This document shows, in pieces, positions 1 to 8,678 of a stretch of 64,000 bases of DNA. How positions within the stretch are numbered: position 1 is the stretch's first letter; the number at the start of each line of letters is the position of its first letter. The translations under genes and the position numbers were made by a program. The notes beneath the pieces were generated by a model. It was not told the origin of the DNA, searched no databases, and worked only from the letters and a program-made list of their open reading frames with translations. Origin of the DNA: an uncultured bacterium (GTDB lineage Bacteria; Eisenbacteria; RBG-16-71-46; CAIMUX01); assembly GCA_964636385.1 (NCBI GenBank), contig CAZWSC010000078.1, forward strand, positions 42,874-106,873. The letters are read 5' to 3'.

Positions 1-17
1 GGTTTAACGCAAGGGGT

Positions 18-1016
18 GTGACAGCACCCGGCTTCTCACCGGGCCAGTACAGGCAGATTCTGCTCGAAGGGCCATTGCGCAGTGTCAACTGGATCATCCG
101 CAATCACGGACGGGCCGAGGACGCCTGGAGGGTCCCGCCCGATGCAGGCCCCCTTTTCCCGGCATCAATCGCCGATCAGGAGATGCAGGAAAGCGCGTTG
201 AGCCCGGTGCGGTCAAGGCACTTCATCAACTCCGACTTCCGCCCGGTGGGCTATGTACACACTGTCGCGTTCTGGAGCCACTTCACGGCAGCAGGCCGGA
301 CGGCCGCGTTCAGATGGATACTCAGGGTCGAGCCCTGGTGGATGGTCCCGGTGCTGGTGATCCTGCTTCTCGGGGCCGTGATCCTCAGGCGTCCGGCAGC
401 CGTGCGTTCGGGAGCAGGGATCGGGAGGTATCCGCTTCTGGCCGCGGTCTTCACAACCGGTCTCTCCACGATGACGCTTCAGATAGCGCTCCTGTTCGCC
501 TTCCAGGCTGTATACGGCTTTGTGTACGAGATGATCGGGGCGATCGTCGGAGGCTTCATGGCGGGTCTGGCGGCTGGCACCCTGGCGACCCTGCGCTTCG
601 TGCGCCTGAAGTCGGACACGCGGATTCTAATGCTTGTTCAACTCGCGATCGCACTCTGCGCCGGGTTGATTGCACTGGCCCTGCCCCTGTCGGGCGGCAT
701 AGCGTCACCGTCTCTTCAGCTGGCGCTGTTCCTGGGTGTCACCTTCATTGCGGGCTTCCTGAACGGTGTTGACTTCCCGCTTGCCGCGGCCTGTTTCCAT
801 GCGCTCGATGGAAAGGCCGAGCGTGCGACAGGGACCGTGTACGGGGTCGAGCTCTTTGGCGCGTGCTGCGGCGCCCTGCTCGCCGGGGTCATGGTCGCGC
901 CGGTTCTGGGGGTTGGCGCGTGCTGCTGGCTTGCCGCCATTGGGAATGGTGCGGCGTTTCTGGTACTGTTGATCTCCGGAGGCGCGCATGGAGCACCCAA
1001 AGGACAGGCTGCATGA
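18..1016 (+). CDS. Polytopic membrane protein, probably 5'-truncated by the window edge (the frame is open upstream of the GTG at 18)
   Basis: No in-frame stop between position 1 and 18. Residues ~110-330 are hydrophobic and look like multiple TM helices. No recognisable catalytic motif. Confidence 0.4.
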   Translation: MTAPGFSPGQYRQILLEGPLRSVNWIIRNHGRAEDAWRVPPDAGPLFPASIADQEMQESALSPVRSRHFINSDFRPVGYVHTVAFWSHFTAAGRTAAFRWILRVEPWWMVPVLVILLLGAVILRRPAAVRSGAGIGRYPLLAAVFTTGLSTMTLQIALLFAFQAVYGFVYEMIGAIVGGFMAGLAAGTLATLRFVRLKSDTRILMLVQLAIALCAGLIALALPLSGGIASPSLQLALFLGVTFIAGFLNGVDFPLAAACFHALDGKAERATGTVYGVELFGACCGALLAGVMVAPVLGVGACCWLAAIGNGAAFLVLLISGGAHGAPKGQAA

Positions 1017-2178
1017 AGATGACGCCGGAAGTGCGTCCGGCCGGGAGGATCGGGCCCGGAGGGAATTCCTGAAGTCAGGGCTGGCCGGCCTGGGCGCGCT
1101 GTGCCTGAGCGCTGCACCAAGTCCCCCGCACAAGACTGCCGCGCAGTCCACGAAGCGCGGGTTTGTGGGCCGCCGGGAGTCGCCCTGGTTCCGCCCGCTG
1201 GAACGCGATCACGTCGAGTGCACTCTCTGCCCGAGAGGCTGCCGTATTGCCCCGGGCAGGCGCGGTCACTGCAGGGTGCGTGAGAACCGGGGTGGAACCG
1301 GGGAGACCCTGGTCTACGGCACACCCAGTCTCGTTCAACTCGACCCGGTGGAGCGGAAGCCGTTCTTCCATGTCCAGCCCGGAACCAGGGCGCTGTCCGT
1401 CTCGACTTCGGGTTGCCCGCTCGAATGCGCATTCTGCGAGGTCTGGGACCTGGCACTCGTCTCGCCGGAGGATGTCTACGCGTATGACCTGCCTCCGGAG
1501 AGGGTCGTCGAGCACGCCATCGAGGCGGGCGCCAGGTCCGTAAGCTATGCGTTCGGGGAACCGGTCGCCTTCTTCGAGTACGCATACGACACGGCCGTCC
1601 TCGCCAGGCGCGCCGGCCTGCTGAACCTGGTTCACACTAGCGCCTACATGAACCCCGGGCCGCTCGGGCAAATGGCGGATGCGATCGACGCGGTGAACGT
1701 GGATCTCAAGGGGTTCGATCCCCGGTTCTACCGGGAGCACTGCGGGGCGGAGCTCGAGCCTGTGCTCCACAATCTGCGGCTGCTCAGAAAGGCCGGCGTG
1801 CATATCGAGATCACGAACCTGCTGATCCCGTCGCTAAACGACGACATCCAGGTTCTGCGCAGCATGATCCGGTGGATCCGCGACGAGCTCGGGCCGCACA
1901 CTCCCCTGCACTTCGCCCGTTTCTACCCGCTGTACAAGCTTGCAAATCTGCCTCCCACTCCCGTCTCCACGCTGGACCGGGCGCGCGATGCCGCACTCGA
2001 AGAGGGGATGGAGTTCGTCTATGTCGCGCGTGTGACCGGACACGAGGGGGAGAAGACCTACTGCCCGTCCTGCGGGCAGACCGTGATCGACCGCCTTGGC
2101 TTCGTCGTGGAGGAAGTGCGCCTGAACGATGGATGCTGCGCGTACTGCGGCAGGGAGATAGCCGGCCTCTGGGGATGA
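988..2178 (+). CDS. Radical SAM enzyme, AmmeMemoRadiSam (AmrS) / PFL-activase-like, with an N-terminal twin-arginine (Tat) signal
   Basis: Tat motif RREFLKSGLAGLGALCLSAAP. AmrS-type N-terminal Cys motif CTLCPRGCRIAPGRRGHCRVR. Radical SAM CX3CX2C in GCPLECAFCEVW. GGAGG sits 5 nt before the ATG. Confidence 0.8.
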   Translation: MEHPKDRLHEDDAGSASGREDRARREFLKSGLAGLGALCLSAAPSPPHKTAAQSTKRGFVGRRESPWFRPLERDHVECTLCPRGCRIAPGRRGHCRVRENRGGTGETLVYGTPSLVQLDPVERKPFFHVQPGTRALSVSTSGCPLECAFCEVWDLALVSPEDVYAYDLPPERVVEHAIEAGARSVSYAFGEPVAFFEYAYDTAVLARRAGLLNLVHTSAYMNPGPLGQMADAIDAVNVDLKGFDPRFYREHCGAELEPVLHNLRLLRKAGVHIEITNLLIPSLNDDIQVLRSMIRWIRDELGPHTPLHFARFYPLYKLANLPPTPVSTLDRARDAALEEGMEFVYVARVTGHEGEKTYCPSCGQTVIDRLGFVVEEVRLNDGCCAYCGREIAGLWG

Positions 2179-2207
2179 CGCGCGCTATGTGAATGGACGG
2201 GGATTTG

Positions 2208-3260
2208 TCAGCCGCGGCGGCGGAAGATGCCGTACTGCGACAGGGAGCGCTGATCCAGGTTGGTGAGTCCGGCGTCGATCGCCCAGTTCATGGCCTCCAC
2301 GAACTCCCTCGGAGTTATGGCGCGTGCAATCGCCTCGTGCTCGAAGGCGCGGTGCTCCACCCGGTACTGCGACATTATGTTCACGTACGTGGACGCGGGC
2401 AGGTTCTCCGCAACCCACTCGACGAATTGCCGCGTTCCGGCCACGTGGTTGGGCATCACGAGGTGGCGGATCATGAGACCGCGCTCGGCGATGCCCTGGG
2501 CGTCCGTGGCCAGCACACCCACCTGGCGGTGCATTTCCAGGACTGCCGCCTGTGCCGCCCCAGGGTAGTCCTCGGCGCTTCCGAGATACCTGCGGGCATT
2601 GGCGCCATCCATCATCTTGAGGTCCGGCAGGTATATGTCCACGATGCCGTCGAGAAGGCGGAGGATCTCCACGCGCTCATACCCGCCCGTGTTGTAGCAG
2701 ATCGGGAGGCGCAAGCCCTGCTGCATGGCCATCCTCGTTGCGCGGAGGATGTGAGGCATTACATGAGTGGGAGTCACGACGTTGATGTTCAGGCATCCGA
2801 TCCTCTGCAGGGAGAGCATCATCCCGGCGAGCTCCTGGTCGTCGATCTGCCTTCCCCTGCCCTCGTGGGCGATCGGCCAGTTCTGGCAGAAGACGCATCG
2901 GAGGTTGCAGTTGGATAAGAAGATCGTGCCCGATCCGCCTCCTCCCACCAGCGGGAGCTCCTCGCCGAAATGGGGCTGGGCCGAGTTCACAACCACACGC
3001 TGAGGGGCCCTGCAGATGCCGACCTCGCCGCGCAGCCTGTTCACGCCGCAGCGGCGCGGGCAGAGGTCGCATTGCTCGAGGTGGGTGAAGGCTTCCTCCA
3101 CGCGTGAGGCGAAGAGGCCCTGTTCCTCAAGGTCGAGATACGCCGGGTGTTTGTGGGTGTGGGGCGCCGACCGGGATTCCGGAAGGCCGGAGCCGTTGAG
3201 CAGCAGTGAGCCCCCCAGGAGCGCCGTGCTCTTCATGAACAGACGTCGTGACAGATTCAT
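2208..3260 (-). CDS. Second radical SAM enzyme, a paralog of 988-2178 (AmrS/PflA-like), also with a Tat signal
   Basis: Tat motif SRRLFMKSTALLGGSLLL. CDLCPRRCGVNRLRGEVGICR. CX3CX2C in NCNLRCVFCQNW. I chose the ATG at 3260 (MNLSRR) with GGAAGGA upstream. The ORF track's GTG at 3287 is the alternative. Confidence 0.8.
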   Translation of the reverse strand: MNLSRRLFMKSTALLGGSLLLNGSGLPESRSAPHTHKHPAYLDLEEQGLFASRVEEAFTHLEQCDLCPRRCGVNRLRGEVGICRAPQRVVVNSAQPHFGEELPLVGGGGSGTIFLSNCNLRCVFCQNWPIAHEGRGRQIDDQELAGMMLSLQRIGCLNINVVTPTHVMPHILRATRMAMQQGLRLPICYNTGGYERVEILRLLDGIVDIYLPDLKMMDGANARRYLGSAEDYPGAAQAAVLEMHRQVGVLATDAQGIAERGLMIRHLVMPNHVAGTRQFVEWVAENLPASTYVNIMSQYRVEHRAFEHEAIARAITPREFVEAMNWAIDAGLTNLDQRSLSQYGIFRRRG

Positions 3261-3302
3261 GGCATGCGATTCCTTCCACGGCCCCACACACCGGGCAGTG
3301 TA

Positions 3303-3899
3303 CTACATCCCCGGCGACAGCCCGAGCTCTTCCGGGATCGACTGCATCGCATCCGCCACAAGCATGACGTGTTCGTCGAAACTGACTCCCAGTTCCTCCA
3401 TGCCCTGCGCCACTTCATCCCGGTTTACGCTGCGGGCAAATGCCCTGTCCTTCAGCTTCTTGCGCACAGAGCCCGGCTTCAGCCCCGCCAGCGTCTGTCC
3501 CGGGCGTACCAGGGCTACGGCCATGAGGAATCCGCACAGCTCGTCGACTGCGAACAGCGTCTTCTCGACAAGCCGGTTGCGGGGGACGCCCGTGTACGAG
3601 GCGTGTGAAAGGATCGCCCTGCGGAAGTCCTCGGGGTAGCCGCGTTCGGCAAGGATCTTCCCGCCCATGGTGGGGTGTTCAGGCGCCTGAGGGTGAATTT
3701 CGTAGTCGAAGTCGTGCAGCAGCCCGACGAGCCCCCAGTAGTGCTCGTCCACCTCGGGGTCGCCCGGGTTGTCGGCAGCATACCTGCGGGCGTACGCCCG
3801 CATGGCGGCCTCGACTGCATAGGCATGCCGCCTGAGGCTCTCTGAACTTGTGAACTCGTGCAGAAGCGCCAGGGCTTCGCTCCGGTCGGGTAACGGCAT
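3303..3899 (-). CDS. HD/HDIG-domain metal-dependent phosphohydrolase
   Basis: LHDFDY and H...HD motif spacing typical of the HD superfamily. Start is MPLPDRSE, with GAGGAGG 5 nt upstream. Confidence 0.7.
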   Translation of the reverse strand: MPLPDRSEALALLHEFTSSESLRRHAYAVEAAMRAYARRYAADNPGDPEVDEHYWGLVGLLHDFDYEIHPQAPEHPTMGGKILAERGYPEDFRRAILSHASYTGVPRNRLVEKTLFAVDELCGFLMAVALVRPGQTLAGLKPGSVRKKLKDRAFARSVNRDEVAQGMEELGVSFDEHVMLVADAMQSIPEELGLSPGM

Positions 3900-4010
3900 T
3901 GGAACCTCCTCGTTCCGGACCAACACTCTGAATACTGCCCGGTACGGAGCCTGCACCGCAAGGGCGTGAAGCGGGAACAGGCCGGAGCGAAGGGGAGATG
4001 CAGTCTACGC

Positions 4011-4328
4011 TCAGGTGCAGAGACGCCAGATGCCGTATGCGATCAGGCCAAGTATCGCAAGCGGCAGCAGGACAACCGCAATCCCGATGGCGATGGCAGG
4101 CAGGGCGGCAACCATTATGCCCGCCGTCACAAGACCGAGAACCGGGCCCACCACCAGCCCAAGGACGGCAAGAGCGATCGCTCCGACTGCCACTCCGAGG
4201 ATTGCCCCGAGTATGTGGAACGGAAGCAGGACGATGTGGAGCACGAAACGAAGCAGCACGAGCAGGCCGAGTACCGGCAGGATGAGCAGTGCCGCCACAA
4301 GCAGAAATAGGAGTGAAAACTCGATCAT
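4011..4328 (-). CDS. Small hydrophobic membrane protein (~105 aa, 3-4 TM)
   Basis: The internal ATG (MIEFSLLFLLVAALLIL...) is followed by continuous hydrophobic helices. The upstream part of the long ORF is non-hydrophobic and lacks an RBS. Confidence 0.45.
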   Translation of the reverse strand: MIEFSLLFLLVAALLILPVLGLLVLLRFVLHIVLLPFHILGAILGVAVGAIALAVLGLVVGPVLGLVTAGIMVAALPAIAIGIAVVLLPLAILGLIAYGIWRLCT

Positions 4329-4353
4329 CTCATGGCTCCCGGTTCGATCTTCT

Positions 4354-4382
4354 GATCGGGTGTTCGTCAGATGTGCCCGATC
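4354..4382. repeat. 7-bp inverted repeat (GATCGGG...CCCGATC) with a 15-nt spacer in the 278-bp intergenic region between the small membrane protein gene and the LKR gene
   Basis: Read directly from the sequence. Coordinates approximate to +/-1. Confidence 0.25.
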
Positions 4383-4606
4383 AGATGACCCAGGCGATCC
4401 GATCTGGTACGCGATCCCTGACCGACCACGTACGAGTATACAGACAGCCGGGTTTCCTATTCTACTGCCTGGGCGGGTTTTCATCCCGTCCTGTCTGTCA
4501 CGTCGTCGGCTTTTCACTGAGCTTGACTCCCGACAATCGTGGCTCATAACATAAGGCCTTATTCTCGAACAGGATGCTGGGCAAGTAGCGGGAGGGGGGC
4601 AGTGGA

Positions 4607-5920
4607 ATGGGGAACATCCTCGGGATCCGCAGGGAGGACAAGAACCAGTGGGAACGGCGTGTCCCCCTGATCCCTGCCGATCTGGATATCCTCCAGAGAT
4701 ATAGCGGGTTGCAGTTCCTGGTGCAGAGCTCCCCCATCAGGGTATTCACGGATGGGGACTATCGCGGGAAGGGCCTGGAGGTCGTCGAGGATCTGTCCGC
4801 AGCTTCCATCGTATTGGCTGTCAAGGAGATACCGATAGGGCTGCTGGCCCCGGGCCGCGTCTATGTCTACTTCAGCCACGTCATCAAGGGCCAGAAGTAC
4901 AACATGCCGATGCTGCGGCATCTATTGCAGACAGGCTCCACCCTCATCGATTACGAGCGGATTACCGACGACAACCAGCGCCGCCTCATCTTCTTCAGCC
5001 TGCAGGCCGGCCAGGCCGGGATGATCGAGACACTCTGGGCTGTCGGACAGAGGCTCAGGTCCCGGGGGATGCAGACCCCCCTCTCGGCAGTGCGGCATGC
5101 CTACGAGTACGACGGTCTGTCGACGGCAAAGGAACACCTCGCCGAGATCGGCAGGGAGATCGAGGCGGAGGGCATGGGTGCAGGGCCGCGACCCCTGGTG
5201 ATCGGCATCGCCGGATACGGTAATGTGGCCGCGGGCTGCAGGGAGATTCTGGACTGCCTTCCCGTGCCCGAGGTGGCGGTGGCAGACCTCCCGGGAGCAG
5301 CGGCGGGTGGCCCGGGCGCCCCCCCGATGATCAGGGTCACATTCCGCGAAGAGCACATGGCCGAGCCGCTCGCACCAGGCGCCAGTTTCGAGCTGCAGGA
5401 TTACTACCGGCATCCGGAGAAGTACCGGGGGAGCTTCGAGACACACCTCCCGCATCTGGATGTCCTGATGAGCACGATCTACTGGGATGAGCGGTATCCG
5501 CGCCTGATTACGCGGGAGTGGACGAAGAGACACTACGGACAGGGTGCGGAGGCGCGACTGCAGGTGATCGGGGACATCAGCTGCGACATCGAGGGCGGAG
5601 TGGAACTGACGCTGAAGACTACGATGCCGGATGAGCCATGCTATGTATACGATCCCCGCAAGGACTCCGTGCGCACGGGTGTGGAGGGCACCGGCATTGT
5701 GATCATGGCGGTGGACAACCTGCCATGCGAGCTGCCGAGGGAGGCGTCCACCCACTTCAGCGGGGTTCTGCGCGACATGGTGGCCGATCTCGCGGCTGCC
5801 GACTGGGCGGCCGATTTCGACGCACTCGAACTGCCGGGGCACCTGAAGCGGGCTGTCATCGTGCACAGGGGGCAGCTGACGCCGGATTACGCCTACTTGA
5901 GCAGACATCTGGAGGGTTGA
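4607..5920 (+). CDS. Lysine-ketoglutarate reductase (saccharopine dehydrogenase, L-lysine-forming), AlaDH/PNT-fold
   Basis: N-terminus GIRREDKNQWERRVPLIP matches the LKR domain of eukaryotic AASS (RREDxNxWERRAPL). GGGAGG RBS upstream. Confidence 0.8.
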   Translation: MGNILGIRREDKNQWERRVPLIPADLDILQRYSGLQFLVQSSPIRVFTDGDYRGKGLEVVEDLSAASIVLAVKEIPIGLLAPGRVYVYFSHVIKGQKYNMPMLRHLLQTGSTLIDYERITDDNQRRLIFFSLQAGQAGMIETLWAVGQRLRSRGMQTPLSAVRHAYEYDGLSTAKEHLAEIGREIEAEGMGAGPRPLVIGIAGYGNVAAGCREILDCLPVPEVAVADLPGAAAGGPGAPPMIRVTFREEHMAEPLAPGASFELQDYYRHPEKYRGSFETHLPHLDVLMSTIYWDERYPRLITREWTKRHYGQGAEARLQVIGDISCDIEGGVELTLKTTMPDEPCYVYDPRKDSVRTGVEGTGIVIMAVDNLPCELPREASTHFSGVLRDMVADLAAADWAADFDALELPGHLKRAVIVHRGQLTPDYAYLSRHLEG

Positions 5921-5997
5921 TTCGCAAGCGGACGGCTTTACGGCCCGTACCGCGCACTTGAAGGCCGGGAACGGCAGCGTCTCTACGGGAGGATCGC

Positions 5998-7323
5998 ATG
6001 AAGAAGGTTCTGATTCTCGGGGCTGGACTGGTCGCACGTCCGCTGGTTCGCTATCTGCTGGACAAGGGTTACCACCTCACCCTGGCCACGCGCACGGTGT
6101 CCAAGGCCGAGAAGATGCTGGAGGGCCACCCGAACGGAGTTGCCTATCCCCTGAATCTTCAGGACGAGACGAAGCTGGAGGAGTACATCCGCGGCTGCGA
6201 TCTGGCCATCAGCCTTGTTCCCCCGGCGCTTCATCCGGTGGTGGCGCGCATCTGCATCCGGAACAGGAAGCACATGGTCACGACCAGCTACGTATCTGAT
6301 GAGATGCAGAAGCTGGATGGCCCGGCCCGGGAGGCCGGTGTCACGGTCGTCAACGAGATCGGTGTCGACCCGGGGATCGACCACATGTCGGCCATGCGGA
6401 TCATCGATGCGGTAAAGGCCAGGGGCGGGACGATTGAGTCGTTCAAGTCCTACTGCGGAGGGCTGCCGGCTCCGCAGCACAATGACAATCCGTTCGGGTA
6501 CAAGTTCTCGTGGGCGCCCCGCGGCGTGCTTCTGGCCAGCCGGAACGGCGCGCAGTACATACAGGACGGACGAAGGGTTGCGGTTCAGCCGGAGCGGCTC
6601 TTCCGTGACATGCACGTTCTGCAGGTCGAAGGCTTCGGCGACTTCGAGGCCTATCCGAACCGCGACTCCATCTCCTACGTCGATGTGTACGGTCTGAAGG
6701 GGATCCAGACCATCTTCCGTGGAACGCTGCGGAACATGGGCTGGTGCGACACGCTGTACAACTTCCGCAAACTCGGCTTCCTCGAACTCGAGGAGATGGA
6801 CGTCAAGGGGATGACCTATGCGGACCTCACCGCCAGGATCCTTGGCGCCTCTGCAGGTGGGAATCTGCGGGAAGCTGCGGCCCGGAAGGCCGGCATTCCT
6901 GTCGACGCGCTTCCCTGCTGGAATCTCGACTGGCTGGGGATGTTCTCGGACCGGAAGCTCTCCGTGGACAGGATCAGCCCCCTCGATGCGATGGGCGAGC
7001 TGATGTTCGAGAAGCTGGCGTACAAACCGGGCGAGCTGGATCTCATCGTCCTCTACCACGACTTCCGCGCTGCCTATCCGGATGGCAGGAAGGAGCGGAT
7101 CGTCTCGAAGATGATCGACTTTGGAATCGAGGGGGGCGACTCCTCGATGGCCCGGACTGTATCCCTGCCTGCGGCCATTGCGACGCACATGATACTGAAG
7201 GGCGAGATAACCGGGCACGGCGTGCTGCGTCCCGTAATGGGCAATGTGTACAACCCGGTCCTGGATGAGCTGGCGAGGATGAACATCACCTGCGAGGAGC
7301 ACACGGAGGAGTTCCGGCCGTAA
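5998..7323 (+). CDS. Saccharopine dehydrogenase (L-glutamate-forming), SDH domain
   Basis: N-terminal Rossmann VLILGAGLVARPLVRYL. Sacchrp_dh-like C-terminal region. GGGAGG sits 5 nt before the ATG. Directly downstream of the LKR gene. Confidence 0.8.
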   Translation: MKKVLILGAGLVARPLVRYLLDKGYHLTLATRTVSKAEKMLEGHPNGVAYPLNLQDETKLEEYIRGCDLAISLVPPALHPVVARICIRNRKHMVTTSYVSDEMQKLDGPAREAGVTVVNEIGVDPGIDHMSAMRIIDAVKARGGTIESFKSYCGGLPAPQHNDNPFGYKFSWAPRGVLLASRNGAQYIQDGRRVAVQPERLFRDMHVLQVEGFGDFEAYPNRDSISYVDVYGLKGIQTIFRGTLRNMGWCDTLYNFRKLGFLELEEMDVKGMTYADLTARILGASAGGNLREAAARKAGIPVDALPCWNLDWLGMFSDRKLSVDRISPLDAMGELMFEKLAYKPGELDLIVLYHDFRAAYPDGRKERIVSKMIDFGIEGGDSSMARTVSLPAAIATHMILKGEITGHGVLRPVMGNVYNPVLDELARMNITCEEHTEEFRP

Positions 7324-7461
7324 CCCGGCTTGAGTCGGTGGGCCAGCCCCGATTGCGCGCGAAAGCCGTGACGGGACGCCGGATCCGGCATGTGTCCGCG
7401 GGCCGGCCCGCATGCGACGGGATTCCAGCGGGCCGGGACCAGCAGACAGCAGGGAGGCCGG

Positions 7462-8604
7462 ATGGCTCAGGAGCGCTTCTACGCCACCATAGGAGTCGGC
7501 GTCGAGCAGATCGTCAGCCGTGAGCTGGAGGCGCTTGGGATCGGGGTGGCGCGAATCGAGCCCGGCCGCGTGCGTTTCGAGGGCGGACTGGAGGACCTGT
7601 ACCGCTCTGTCATACACCTCCGATCGGCTTCCAGGGTGATCCGAGAGCTCGAGTTCCGTGAGATCGGCGCAGAGACCGACATCTACGACACTGTCCGGGA
7701 GATCGACTGGTCGCCCTGGTTGAACCCGGACATGACCTTCAAGGTCACATTCAACGTCCACTCGTCGCTTCTCCAGAGCACGCGGTTCGGGATGTACAGG
7801 ATCAAGGATGCGATCTGCGACCAGTTCGTGGAACGCACGGGGCGAAGGCCGTCCGTTGACGTGGAGTCGGCGGATCTCTGCGTGAACTGCTACCTTGAGA
7901 ACCGGCGCTTCTCCGTGGGACTGGACGGTGCGGGAGCGCCCCTTCACATGCGTGGCTACCGTGTCGAACTCCACGAGAGCAGCCTCAGGGAGCACCTCGC
8001 AGCCGCGATGGTACTGCAGTCCGGCTGGGATCCGGCCGGCCCGCTGCACGATCCCTTCTGCGGATCAGGAACCATCCTCATAGAAGCCGCAATGATCGCC
8101 ACGCGGACGCCTCCGACGATAAGGCGCAGGCGCTTCGGCTGCATGTCATGGCCCGACTTCGATCGGGCGAGGTTCCGCGAACTCCGCTCCGAGGCCGCGG
8201 CGGCGATTCTTCCGGCAGAAGGCCTGCGGATCACCGGCGCAGACCGTTCCGCGAAGTGGGTTGATGCAGCCGCTGCGAACGCAAGAGCAGCCGGGTTTGG
8301 CGATGTCATACGCCTGACGGTCCGGGATGTCGGCGAGATGCGCCTCGAGCCCGGATCGTGGGTTGTGACGAACCCTCCGTATGGCAGGCGAATCGGCGAC
8401 GAGGCGATGCATACCCCGGCATGGAACGCATTCCGCGAGCGCCTGCTGGAGAGCCCTGGCGTGCACGCCGCCGTTCTGGCCGCCGAGGAGGGGTTCGAGA
8501 AGGCTTTCCGCCTGAAGCCGTTCAAGCGGAACCGGATGAACAACGGGCCGATTCAGTGCACCCTCGCCCAGTACAGGATCCGCGAGCGGGAGCAGGGCGT
8601 GTAG
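7462..8604 (+). CDS. THUMP-domain class I SAM-dependent RNA methyltransferase (RlmL/Trm14-like)
   Basis: THUMP-like N-terminal region and methyltransferase motifs (DPFCGSGTILIEAA; VTNPPYGRR = N/DPPY motif IV). AGGGAGG RBS before MAQERF. Confidence 0.75.
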   Translation: MAQERFYATIGVGVEQIVSRELEALGIGVARIEPGRVRFEGGLEDLYRSVIHLRSASRVIRELEFREIGAETDIYDTVREIDWSPWLNPDMTFKVTFNVHSSLLQSTRFGMYRIKDAICDQFVERTGRRPSVDVESADLCVNCYLENRRFSVGLDGAGAPLHMRGYRVELHESSLREHLAAAMVLQSGWDPAGPLHDPFCGSGTILIEAAMIATRTPPTIRRRRFGCMSWPDFDRARFRELRSEAAAAILPAEGLRITGADRSAKWVDAAAANARAAGFGDVIRLTVRDVGEMRLEPGSWVVTNPPYGRRIGDEAMHTPAWNAFRERLLESPGVHAAVLAAEEGFEKAFRLKPFKRNRMNNGPIQCTLAQYRIREREQGV

Positions 8605-8678
8605 TCCCGTCAGGCGGAACATGTGGCGCTGCCCGCGCAGGATGGAACACGGCGGTTGTCGGAGAGAACGACGGCGAC

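Noticed and set aside
1725-1745. tRNA T-arm-like GGTTCGATCC sequence
   Set aside because: It lies inside the radical SAM CDS (encoding KGFDPRF) and has no flanking acceptor or anticodon stem structure.
5983-8049. 688-aa ORF on the minus strand overlapping the SDH and THUMP methyltransferase genes
   Set aside because: Arg/Pro/Gly-rich low-complexity translation typical of antisense frames in ~65% GC DNA. It has no motifs or RBS and is fully overlapped by two well-supported genes.
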